This document shows, piece after piece, positions 9,630 through 18,091 of a stretch of 64,000 nt of DNA (its first letter is position 1; each line of letters starts with the position of its first letter). The notes under the pieces are model-generated. The model had not been told where the DNA came from. It made no database searches and saw only the letters and a list, made by a program, of their open reading frames with translations. A program made the position numbers and the translations under genes. Source of the stretch: Chitinophagales bacterium (lineage in GTDB: Bacteria; Bacteroidota; Bacteroidia; Chitinophagales; JADIYW01); assembly GCA_046329815.1 (NCBI GenBank), contig JAXLTY010000002.1, forward strand, positions 1,198,750 through 1,262,749, given 5' to 3'.

Positions 9630-10637
9630 GTGGCTACAATAATTGAGTTAATAAAAAATGGAACTACAGACGAAGCATTCTTAATAAAAGAAATAGATGA
9701 GCGTTTACCAAATGATGATGAAATTGGAATAACTATTGAAGCTTTCGGACTGAATTTTGCAGAAGTATTAGCCAGAACCGGAAATTATCCGGATTGTCCG
9801 CCATTGCCAACTACACTAGGATATGAAGTAGTTGGTCGAATTAAATATATTGGCAAAAACATTACCAATTTAAAAATTGGACAACGCGTTGTTGCAATTA
9901 CAAATTTTAATGGTTACAGTAATTATGTTGTGCAAAAACCTTTCGCTATACATCCAATCGATGAAGATATTAATGCCAGTGTTGCTTTAGCGTTAGTGGT
10001 GCAATATTGCACGGCATATTATTGTACACATATTGCTGCGCGAATATTTGACACTAATAAAATATTGATTCATACTGCAAGCAATGGCGTCGGCATTGCG
10101 TTGATACAATTGTGTACTCTTTTAAATACAGAAATTTATGCTACTGCCAGAAATATAGAAAAGTTAAACACTTTTAAAAACAATGCGAATATTCATCTGA
10201 TTGATTGTTGTGAAGAGAATTGGTTTGAAAACAAACATGAAGAATTTGATTTTATTTTTGACAACACAGGTGGCAGCATTTATAAAAAGTACATAAGCAT
10301 GCTAAAAAAGAGCGGTTCAATAATAAGCTATGGATCAAATGCTTTATACGCCGCAAATGAAACTGATTCAAAGATGAAAACACAAATGCAATATGGAATG
10401 TATCATCCATTATTATTAATTTCAGAATCAAAATCAATTATTGGTGTCAATCTGATTCATATTGGAAAAAACAAACCGGATGTTTTGAATTATTGCTTAG
10501 AAAAAGTATTTGAATTATACAATGAAAAAAAGATACATCCAGTTATGGATCAATCATTTCATGTATCGTCTTTCACTGATGCACAGAAAAAACTTGAAAA
10601 AAGAAATACTATTGGTAAAATTTGTATTTATTGGTAA
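9630..10637 (+). CDS. MDR-superfamily NAD(P)H oxidoreductase (zeta-crystallin/quinone oxidoreductase-like)
   Basis: Has a GroES-like N-terminus (GLNFAEVLARTGNYP), the nucleotide-binding stretch HTASNGVGIALIQL and a C-terminal ...IGKICIYW. It uses a GTG start 22 nt after the receptor gene. Confidence 0.7.
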   Translation: MATIIELIKNGTTDEAFLIKEIDERLPNDDEIGITIEAFGLNFAEVLARTGNYPDCPPLPTTLGYEVVGRIKYIGKNITNLKIGQRVVAITNFNGYSNYVVQKPFAIHPIDEDINASVALALVVQYCTAYYCTHIAARIFDTNKILIHTASNGVGIALIQLCTLLNTEIYATARNIEKLNTFKNNANIHLIDCCEENWFENKHEEFDFIFDNTGGSIYKKYISMLKKSGSIISYGSNALYAANETDSKMKTQMQYGMYHPLLLISESKSIIGVNLIHIGKNKPDVLNYCLEKVFELYNEKKIHPVMDQSFHVSSFTDAQKKLEKRNTIGKICIYW

Positions 10638-10646
10638 CACAAAATA

Positions 10647-11861
10647 ATGGAAACACCATACTCAAAAGAAGGAAAATACTATCAGCATGAATCTGACTAT
10701 AAACAGGATTCATTGTTTGATATTACACCTGATTTTGAACGTTTCAACGGATGCAATGATATTTTTGCACGTGCACAATGGGATCCGAGAATTCAATCCA
10801 TAAAAGCATTAAAATGGTTTAAAGGAATGTTGGGTTATAATGTCAACATTAAAACTACGGATGGTTATACACAAAAAGATTATGCGCTAAGAAATGCCGG
10901 CTGGGTTCTTTCCAATTTAATGATGGAACGCAGTATGCACATGCAGCGCCGCGATGGGTTTTTAGATGACATTCGTGAGTACATGCGTCTTGCCGCTACT
11001 AAAGTAGAAGTTACTTCGACAGCAGATATGTCTGCGGAAATAAAACAAGCCGGAAAGATTTTTGGTGCAGACATGGTCGGCATCACTCCTGTTGACTTAC
11101 GTTGGCATTACACACATCGTTTCGACGCTGATACAAAAAAAGAAAAACCAAATGATTTACCTGAAGGTGTTAACAATTGCATCGTTATCGGAACTGAAAT
11201 GTCTTATGAATTAATTAAAACATATCCATCTGCATTAGCAAGTACCGCACCTGCTTTAGGTTATTCAAAAGATACGTTTATTTTGATGACACTGGCGCAG
11301 TTTATACGAAATTTAGGATATCAGGCAGTTGCATCATTAAATGATTCAGCACAAGCAATACCATATGCTATACAAGCAGGTTTGGCTGAATATGGAAGAA
11401 ATGGATTAGCCATTACTAAAGAATTTGGACCAAGAGTTCGGTTCGGAAAGATTTTTACTGACCTGCCATTAGATTATGATTTGCCTGTAAAATTTGGTGT
11501 AAAAGAATTTTGTGATATTTGCAGCAAATGCGCTGATGCTTGTCCTGCAAAAGCTATTCCATACGGCGAACCAAATGATAAAATATTGAATCAGTCAAAT
11601 ATTATTGGCGTAAAAAAATGGACAGTAGATGCTGAAAAATGTTTTAATATCTGGACAAATCAAGGAACCGAATGTGGTATATGCATTCGCGTTTGTCCAT
11701 ATAATAAAAGTCATAAAACACTTTTTGACAGATTGTATTATCGCTTTTTTAAATGGCTTGCCTTTTCACCGGCAAAAAAATTAGCTTTATACTTAGATAA
11801 TAAATTAGGATTTGGAAAAAGAAAACAACCATCATCGTGGTGGAAAACCAGACCTGAATAA
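10647..11861 (+). CDS. Reductive dehalogenase (RdhA)-family corrinoid/Fe-S protein, no Tat signal
   Basis: Shows an N-terminal FERFNGCNDIFARAQWDP (F.R.D....F.R-type RdhA motif). The central stretch reads GADMVGITPVD...NLGYQAVAS...AGLAEYGRNGLAITKEFGPRVRFGKIFTDLPL. Fe-S motifs are CDICSKCADACP and CFNIWTNQGTECGICIRVCPYN. There is no RR Tat motif. Confidence 0.65.
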   Translation: METPYSKEGKYYQHESDYKQDSLFDITPDFERFNGCNDIFARAQWDPRIQSIKALKWFKGMLGYNVNIKTTDGYTQKDYALRNAGWVLSNLMMERSMHMQRRDGFLDDIREYMRLAATKVEVTSTADMSAEIKQAGKIFGADMVGITPVDLRWHYTHRFDADTKKEKPNDLPEGVNNCIVIGTEMSYELIKTYPSALASTAPALGYSKDTFILMTLAQFIRNLGYQAVASLNDSAQAIPYAIQAGLAEYGRNGLAITKEFGPRVRFGKIFTDLPLDYDLPVKFGVKEFCDICSKCADACPAKAIPYGEPNDKILNQSNIIGVKKWTVDAEKCFNIWTNQGTECGICIRVCPYNKSHKTLFDRLYYRFFKWLAFSPAKKLALYLDNKLGFGKRKQPSSWWKTRPE

Positions 11862-11863
11862 AA

Positions 11864-12721
11864 TTATTTATGCTTCAATTGTTCTTCATATTTTAAATAA
11901 AAATCCACGTCATACTTACTATCAGCCAATTCCACTTCCTCAATGATTTTTCCAATCGGACGCGGCATTTTTTGTTCCATTATACTGTATTTAAAATCCT
12001 GATTCGAGCTTAGTTTAAAAATAAACTCCTGGTCGATTTCATATTTCAGGATTTTATTTGTGAGAATATCATAATGGTAATGATAAACCGGTGCATTTTC
12101 AGGAAGACAATACAAACCTAATGCAAGCCGATTGTTAAACGACCTGTTTGGTAAAGAAGCATGTAACAAAGATTGATTTAAGACTAATATATCGCCTCTT
12201 TCCAGTTCAATATATTGCGCATATTTTTTTTCAAATTCATTTAGTTTTGAGTAATTCAAACCTGATGGAATGTTCGTTCCTCTGATTGCCTGAAAATATT
12301 GATGACTTTTCGGAAGCAACATTATACAACCATTTTGTTTCGTAACTTTTTGCAAAGGCATCCATAAAAAAACCTGTGTGTACTTTTCTTCATCAGTAAA
12401 AGTCCAATCCTGGTGCCAGTTTAATCTATGTGTTAAACTTGGTTTTTTCACTAAAAGATCTGAAAAAAAAGGATGATAATTATTCAGGTATTTATCACAA
12501 ACAGGCGTAAGAATTTCTTTGATTTTGGTATCAACTAAAATCCGGTATTCCTGGTTACTGCTCCAAAGTGATGTATAGAATTTATTATCAACATTGCTTT
12601 CTAAAGAATTAAAGAAACTATAATTTTTATCAAAATCAATGGATATAGCATTTTTTAAAATAATAAAACCATTTTGGATAAATTGTTTATTCCATACATC
12701 ATCAACAAAAACGGAATTCAT
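11864..12721 (-). CDS. PhyH-family Fe(II)/2OG dioxygenase
   Basis: Carries WHQDWTFTDEEKY (HxD), NGCIMLLPKSH and LLHASLPNRS (distal His). Confidence 0.75.
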   Translation of the reverse strand: MNSVFVDDVWNKQFIQNGFIILKNAISIDFDKNYSFFNSLESNVDNKFYTSLWSSNQEYRILVDTKIKEILTPVCDKYLNNYHPFFSDLLVKKPSLTHRLNWHQDWTFTDEEKYTQVFLWMPLQKVTKQNGCIMLLPKSHQYFQAIRGTNIPSGLNYSKLNEFEKKYAQYIELERGDILVLNQSLLHASLPNRSFNNRLALGLYCLPENAPVYHYHYDILTNKILKYEIDQEFIFKLSSNQDFKYSIMEQKMPRPIGKIIEEVELADSKYDVDFYLKYEEQLKHK

Positions 12722-13578
12722 AAAAGCATCTGATGTTTTTCCTGCACAATCGAATCAAACTTATTCTTATTTATTTTTGGATGTGCATATTTAATTATGC
12801 GATGACTCAATTCTCCAACAGGTTTATCTTTAATATTATATTGAAAATTTAAGAAAAAATCCTTATCGACATTCATTTCTTCAATTTCATATCCTAAGAA
12901 TTTTTTCTTCATATAATAATGTTTTGCCTGCGCTTCTTTTGGCTTAGCAATCACTTGAATTACCAATCTATCGTAAGTGCCATTATTTGGTTTCGAATAA
13001 TGAATAATACTGTCATCAAATACCAATACTTCACCTGCTTTCACATCTATAGGCACACAATGGTTTTCTATAATATGTCTTTCATAACCGGTAAAAAACC
13101 AAGGAATGGAAGGACTTCTCAGCACATCGCGAAAAAGACGGTGTGTGTTTGGAACTACTTCAATGGTTCCGTTGATTTCGGCAACATCCACCAAAGGACA
13201 CCAAACAGATACAGAAACATATTTCGTTTCGTCCACAAAATTCCAGTTTTGATGGACAGGCACTTCACCTAAACCAGGTTCTTTTTGTACAAAATTAATA
13301 ATTATAGGTTCGTATCCGGCAAGTGTTTCATCCAATTTTGGCTGAATCTTTGAACTGACAAAATCGAAAACTTTATTTTTGTAATCTTTATTAGTATCTA
13401 AAAATGTAAAATGATATTTGACATTTTTTTCCTGCGTGTTAAAACGGCTGTCAGGATGCTGCGCGTAATAGAATGCTTTTAATTCTTCAATTTCTTCCGG
13501 TGAAAACAACTTGATTTTCACATAACCTTTTTCCCAAAACTCTTTTTGCAGTTGCTCGTCTTTAAATACATTTTTCAT
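12718..13578 (-). CDS. PhyH-family dioxygenase paralog with a variant metal triad (HxN)
   Basis: Aligns with its neighbours but reads VHQNWNFVDETKY (Asn codon AAC where the paralogs have Asp). Also has NGTIEVVPNTH and IIHYSKPNNG. There is an ATGA start/stop overlap with the downstream paralog. Confidence 0.7.
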   Translation of the reverse strand: MKNVFKDEQLQKEFWEKGYVKIKLFSPEEIEELKAFYYAQHPDSRFNTQEKNVKYHFTFLDTNKDYKNKVFDFVSSKIQPKLDETLAGYEPIIINFVQKEPGLGEVPVHQNWNFVDETKYVSVSVWCPLVDVAEINGTIEVVPNTHRLFRDVLRSPSIPWFFTGYERHIIENHCVPIDVKAGEVLVFDDSIIHYSKPNNGTYDRLVIQVIAKPKEAQAKHYYMKKKFLGYEIEEMNVDKDFFLNFQYNIKDKPVGELSHRIIKYAHPKINKNKFDSIVQEKHQMLL

Positions 13579-13618
13579 AATACATTAAATTTAATAAAAA
13601 AACAGAAAAAAATACTAC

Positions 13619-14506
13619 CTAAAATTTATTAAACCAACTAACAATTTTAGCAAGAAAACTGCCTGTAAAACGATTAATTTTTTCAGTATAAATTTTATTC
13701 AATAGCATTTCTTTCGTCACAATATATTTTGTTGATTCCGGAATTGTACGAATAACATTCAATTCCACATTCTGTTGCGAAGCAATTTCCTGAAAATTAA
13801 ATGCATAATTATACAAGAATTTTCTGTCACAATGAATAACATCTATATCATCATTTTTATTCTTTACATACAAATTAAAATCTGCTTTTTCATCAATGAC
13901 AGTTAAAGTTATCGCCGGTCGAACTGCATTCGTATTATTGGTTTTTGAACCATGAAATAATTTCATGTAAAAAATAGCTGCTGCACCTTGTTTCATTGGC
14001 AGTGCTTTCAAAAAAGGATTTACCAAATAATTTAATTTCAGGAAAATTGATTTTACTGAAGATGAACGTATGGAATAAAACCAATGATGAGAATTTGGTA
14101 TAACCTGCAGGCAGCCATTATTTTCATCAACATCTACTAAAGGAATCCAAATCAATGCAGATCTGTATTTTTTTTCATCCACAATGCTCCAATCCTGATG
14201 CAGCATTGATTCACTTTTGTCACCAATACCTTTTAACAAAAAAGTAGCTCCTACAATTTTATAATACTGAAGATATTTTTTTATCGACTTTTCGCATATT
14301 CTAACAATTTCATTTTCTATCAACAAACTTTCATCATAAGACAAATCTTGTATATTTGTATATAAACCGCCATTTGTGTCGCCTAATTTACTATTCTTGT
14401 AAAATTCTTTTAACTGAAGTAACTGCTCCGTATCCAAAAAATTATCGAATTTCAAAAAACCACTTTCCTGAAACTGTTTATCTTTGAATGAATCAATTAA
14501 CTGCAT
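13619..14506 (-). CDS. PhyH-family Fe(II)/2OG dioxygenase
   Basis: Carries LHQDWSIVDEKKY, NGCLQVIPNSHH and LFHGSKTNNT. Confidence 0.75.
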   Translation of the reverse strand: MQLIDSFKDKQFQESGFLKFDNFLDTEQLLQLKEFYKNSKLGDTNGGLYTNIQDLSYDESLLIENEIVRICEKSIKKYLQYYKIVGATFLLKGIGDKSESMLHQDWSIVDEKKYRSALIWIPLVDVDENNGCLQVIPNSHHWFYSIRSSSVKSIFLKLNYLVNPFLKALPMKQGAAAIFYMKLFHGSKTNNTNAVRPAITLTVIDEKADFNLYVKNKNDDIDVIHCDRKFLYNYAFNFQEIASQQNVELNVIRTIPESTKYIVTKEMLLNKIYTEKINRFTGSFLAKIVSWFNKF

Positions 14507-14512
14507 AATTTA

Positions 14513-15415
14513 TTAAGATAAAAATATGGATTTTAGTTCTTTCAATGTGTAATGCTGATTCGTATTTTCTACTACACTCAACAATGGATAGCCATTCGGC
14601 CGCTCAATTATATTTTCATTATAATAAAACGAAGGATTGATTTTATAGAGTTCAATTAATTTAAAATCACTTGCTGCATCTGAATAAAAATGGATCATAT
14701 CTGCCTGTTTGGGTTTGATCATACAATTCGCGGCAATCCTGATTTTGTCGCTTTTATTCAAGCCCGATGCATGAATCAAACGGGAATCAAAGACAACTGC
14801 CTGACCGGCTTCTAAATGAACTTTCTGCATAAATTTCCACAACGTTTTTTCATGTTCTCTTAAAGCCCATGGTATATTTAAAGAACGGTACGGAATATTT
14901 AATTTATGACTGAATGGAATCACTTCTAATGTTCCAAAATCGCGCGACGGCGGTGTAATTGGAATCCATAAATGAAAACTGTTAAAAGTATGTTCATCTA
15001 CATGAGAACTATCCTGATGTGGATTTAACATACCGTCTTTATTATTTTCTTTCAGCAAATGGGTGCCGAATCCTACTTCATACCATTCAGGATCAAAGAA
15101 ACTATAAATAGCATCTGAAAGATGTTTTTCAATAATATCTTTAGAATCGTTGATTATTTTATGATCTTCACATCTTCCTAATGAAAGAAAATTAATCTGT
15201 TGAATTTTATTCATTATCGATCCAATAAAAGATTCACTTTCTTTATAAAGCAACTGATGTTTTTCTATATCTAACAAAGGAATTACAGCAAAACCAATCT
15301 CATTAATTGTATCAAGAGCGTCTTGTGCATTTTGGACAAACGCTTTTTGTACTAAAGCATTTTGTTTCGATGCAAACAGATTTTCTAAAAAAAACATATC
15401 AATGTAATTACACAA
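14513..15415 (-). CDS. PhyH-family Fe(II)/2OG dioxygenase
   Basis: Carries PHQDSSHVDEH, FGTLEVIPFSHK and LIHASGLNKSD. Confidence 0.7.
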   Translation of the reverse strand: MCNYIDMFFLENLFASKQNALVQKAFVQNAQDALDTINEIGFAVIPLLDIEKHQLLYKESESFIGSIMNKIQQINFLSLGRCEDHKIINDSKDIIEKHLSDAIYSFFDPEWYEVGFGTHLLKENNKDGMLNPHQDSSHVDEHTFNSFHLWIPITPPSRDFGTLEVIPFSHKLNIPYRSLNIPWALREHEKTLWKFMQKVHLEAGQAVVFDSRLIHASGLNKSDKIRIAANCMIKPKQADMIHFYSDAASDFKLIELYKINPSFYYNENIIERPNGYPLLSVVENTNQHYTLKELKSIFLS

Positions 15416-15466
15416 TAAATAATTGGTTTGAAATGATACAAATCTGTTATTAATTGCATCATGCTG

Positions 15467-15492
15467 CTTGCAAAATAAGCATTATTTGCAAG
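15467..15492. promoter_or_regulatory. Imperfect palindrome in the divergent promoter region between the PhyH operon and the oxygenase/MT operon
   Basis: CTTGCAAAATAA-GC-ATTATTTGCAAG has one extra A in the left arm. It lies in the 196-bp divergent gap 15416-15611. Confidence 0.25.
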
Positions 15493-15611
15493 ATTCTCAA
15501 CTAATTAATATCATCATAAAAACTGATTATAATCATAAACCAATGAAGAAATAGCATGATAAAGAATTTTATTTCTATTTTTACCTTTACCATAAATTTT
15601 GTCCTATTTTC

Positions 15612-16490
15612 ATGTTTAATACAGGTTCCATATTAAAATCAATTCCTTTTTTTAAAAAGAATAAAAGGAAGCAAAATATTAAACAGGTAACATTTTCCGA
15701 ATTACAAAAATCGCCAAAAAATGAACTATTTGATGCAATTTATAATGACTCGCTGGATGTTTTAATTATTGATAATTTTATTTCTGCTGCTGAACTCAGT
15801 TACTTTCATTCAAACTTTATCGAAGCAACAAAAAAATATCCTGAATTAATCGACAAGAAATACAGTGGTTACACTTTTGGAAAAACTCTTTTCGATACAA
15901 AAGATTTGTCAGTTTATAAAGCAATGACACCAAAGTATGAAGCCATTCAAAGTGAAATATTCGGTTTTTCAATGCACGACAGACTAATTGAATTATTAAA
16001 GCTGATAACAAAAAACATTCCTGTCACTGTTGCAAAACATACTGACAATAAAAATTATTTATCTAACAGTATTCGTATTTTAGAACCGGAAAAAGATGGA
16101 ATATTTGTACATGCTGATTTGCATTTACATCAAACCTTTAATGAAGCAAGTGAAATAACATCATTGATCAATAATCAAGCATTTTTAGGTTTATTCTTAA
16201 AACTTCAAAATCCTGAAGCAGGCGGCAATTTATTTTTGTATAATGTTTCCTATAAAGAAACACCTGAAAAAGTTTACAAAACTGATAAGAATATTTTTGA
16301 AAGTATTTACAAATATGTTTCAAATTTTGAACGGCACATCATTCATGTTGATGAAGGATCATTAATTTTGTTTAATGCAGGACAGCGATGGCATGCCATT
16401 GAGCCGATTAAAGGAAAGAAAGAAAGAATTACAGTCGGCTGCTTCGCAGGTTATACGAAATCGAATGACACAATTTACATATGGACATAA
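15612..16490 (+). CDS. 2OG-Fe(II) oxygenase, prolyl-4-hydroxylase-like cupin
   Basis: Has an HxD in GIFVHADLH, a distal His in GQRWHAIEPIKGKKERITV (H...R.T 2OG-binding context), and a predicted beta-rich C-terminal half. Confidence 0.5.
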   Translation: MFNTGSILKSIPFFKKNKRKQNIKQVTFSELQKSPKNELFDAIYNDSLDVLIIDNFISAAELSYFHSNFIEATKKYPELIDKKYSGYTFGKTLFDTKDLSVYKAMTPKYEAIQSEIFGFSMHDRLIELLKLITKNIPVTVAKHTDNKNYLSNSIRILEPEKDGIFVHADLHLHQTFNEASEITSLINNQAFLGLFLKLQNPEAGGNLFLYNVSYKETPEKVYKTDKNIFESIYKYVSNFERHIIHVDEGSLILFNAGQRWHAIEPIKGKKERITVGCFAGYTKSNDTIYIWT

Positions 16491-16499
16491 ACCACACCA

Positions 16500-17285
16500 T
16501 TGAAAGCAGTTAAATCATATCAGCATGTTTTTGAAAACAAATCCATTGATGATTTATTTAATGAAGAAGGTTATGTAACAATGCCATTGTTAAATGAATC
16601 TGACATTGAAACTATTACAAGATTATTAAACGATGTAAATATGCCATTTACTGATAGTATTTTTCACTCTCATATTCATAGCAACTATTCAGTAAACATA
16701 AAAGTACACGAGATCGTAAGTAAATTTTTTGAACCATTTTTGAAGAAAATTTCTCTTAGTAATCCATACAAAATTGCAGCAGCAGTTTATATTGACAAAA
16801 AACCTTCACAGGATTCAGTTTTTGATATACATAGCGATGATTCGCTTTGCGATGAACGTTATTTCGTTCCAATAAATATTTGGATACCTTTGGTTGATGT
16901 TGATTATGACTCAGGTACTATGTGTATATGCAAGCGCTCACACAAAAACACACTGATTATTAGAAGTAATTCTATCAGAGATCCATTTATAGAAAATAAC
17001 AAGCAGTCTCTTTTAAATGATTATTCTGTTATAAAACTACAAAAAGGAAATGCACTTATTTATAGTCCGTCATGCGTACATTTTTCGCCGCCAAACAAAA
17101 GCAGTTCCAATCGACCGGTTATAGCTATTACATTAATTCCGGAAAATTCAGTATTATGCATCTTCGAACAAAAAAGAAAAATATTGGGCAGAAATTATTT
17201 CTTAAAATACAACATCACACGAGAGCAATTATTAAAAAGAATAAAACCATCTGAATTATCACCATCTGAAAAGATCTATTTATGA
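16500..17285 (+). CDS. PhyH-family Fe(II)/2OG dioxygenase
   Basis: Carries IHSDDSLCDERYF...NIWIPLVDVDYDSGTMCICKRSHK and VHFSPPNKSS. The start is TTG. Confidence 0.65.
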   Translation: MKAVKSYQHVFENKSIDDLFNEEGYVTMPLLNESDIETITRLLNDVNMPFTDSIFHSHIHSNYSVNIKVHEIVSKFFEPFLKKISLSNPYKIAAAVYIDKKPSQDSVFDIHSDDSLCDERYFVPINIWIPLVDVDYDSGTMCICKRSHKNTLIIRSNSIRDPFIENNKQSLLNDYSVIKLQKGNALIYSPSCVHFSPPNKSSSNRPVIAITLIPENSVLCIFEQKRKILGRNYFLKYNITREQLLKRIKPSELSPSEKIYL

Positions 17286-18091
17286 ATTTACGCAACAATT
17301 ATTTTGCAAATTATTCCGACAAAATAATCAGAGGTTATAATTTAATTTCTTTTATGGTTTTGTATGGAAAATGGAGTGACCTTAATTTTTTAAATTTGGG
17401 TTATACCGGAAATACGTTGCCATTTCCACTTGAAACACAAGACGAAAAAGACATTCATTTTATTTCTTTATATGCAAAAGCATTAGAAGGTTTACCTGAC
17501 AATACGAAATCAATAATAGAAATTGGTTCAGGGTTAGGTGGTGGCTGTTATTTGCTAAAAAAATACTATAAAATTCCTGTGGTTAATGGCATTGATTACG
17601 GAAAATTAAATGTAAAATACAGTAATAAAAAACTCAATCCGCTTGGCATAACCATATTTGAAAGTGCTGCCGAAGAAGCATGGAAAATCAATAAAAAATA
17701 TGATGTTGTGTTATCACTGGAAGCATCTTTACTTTTTTACAATTGGGAACTTTTTTTAAAAAGTGTCTATTCATTGCTAAATGAAGATGGTGTATTTTTA
17801 TACTCAGATATTTTCCTGAAAAAAGATATTTCAGTTATTGAAAACCTCTTAGAAAAATGTGGTTTTGTTATAACATTTAAAGAAGATATTACAAGTGGTG
17901 TTAAAGAAGCGGTAAAAAAATCTGTTATTCCGGACAGTGAAACATTCTCTTTTAAATTAATCAAGAAAATATTAGGCCTTGACAGTTTAGATAAATTTAT
18001 AACCAACAAAGCAGGCACGGAAATGTATAATAAAATAATGAGTGATGATTTTGTGTATATTAAATACATCATACACAAAAAAGCGAATTAG
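17282..18091 (+). CDS. Class I SAM-dependent methyltransferase
   Basis: Has motif I IIEIGSGLGGGCYLL, an NLGY motif upstream and motif post-II VVLSLEAS. There is an ATGA overlap with the upstream gene. Confidence 0.75.
   Translation: MNLRNNYFANYSDKIIRGYNLISFMVLYGKWSDLNFLNLGYTGNTLPFPLETQDEKDIHFISLYAKALEGLPDNTKSIIEIGSGLGGGCYLLKKYYKIPVVNGIDYGKLNVKYSNKKLNPLGITIFESAAEEAWKINKKYDVVLSLEASLLFYNWELFLKSVYSLLNEDGVFLYSDIFLKKDISVIENLLEKCGFVITFKEDITSGVKEAVKKSVIPDSETFSFKLIKKILGLDSLDKFITNKAGTEMYNKIMSDDFVYIKYIIHKKAN

Noticed and set aside
10647-11861. Epoxyqueuosine reductase (QueG) instead of RdhA
   Set aside because: QueG shares the fold and Fe-S motifs. It lacks the N-terminal F.R......F.RA.WD region and has the C-terminal CiSYlTIE...GCD.CQ..CPwN pattern plus HEAT-like repeats. 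Here the second cluster context is W.vD..KCFNIW....ECGICIRVCPYN, which is RdhA-like. This is not fully excluded without an HMM comparison.
12919-13272. 117-aa plus-strand ORF, plus similar antisense ORFs at 36202-36546, 28242-28768, 44422-45325 and 63208-63672
   Set aside because: Each lies wholly inside a well-supported gene on the opposite strand and has low-complexity, stop-poor AT-rich translation without motifs.
11864-17285. Fe(II)/2OG halogenases that would pair functionally with the RdhA-like gene
   Set aside because: Four of the five PhyH paralogs retain the carboxylate (HQD/HSD) and one has Asn. None has the Ala/Gly substitution diagnostic of SyrB2/WelO5/BesD-type halogenases.
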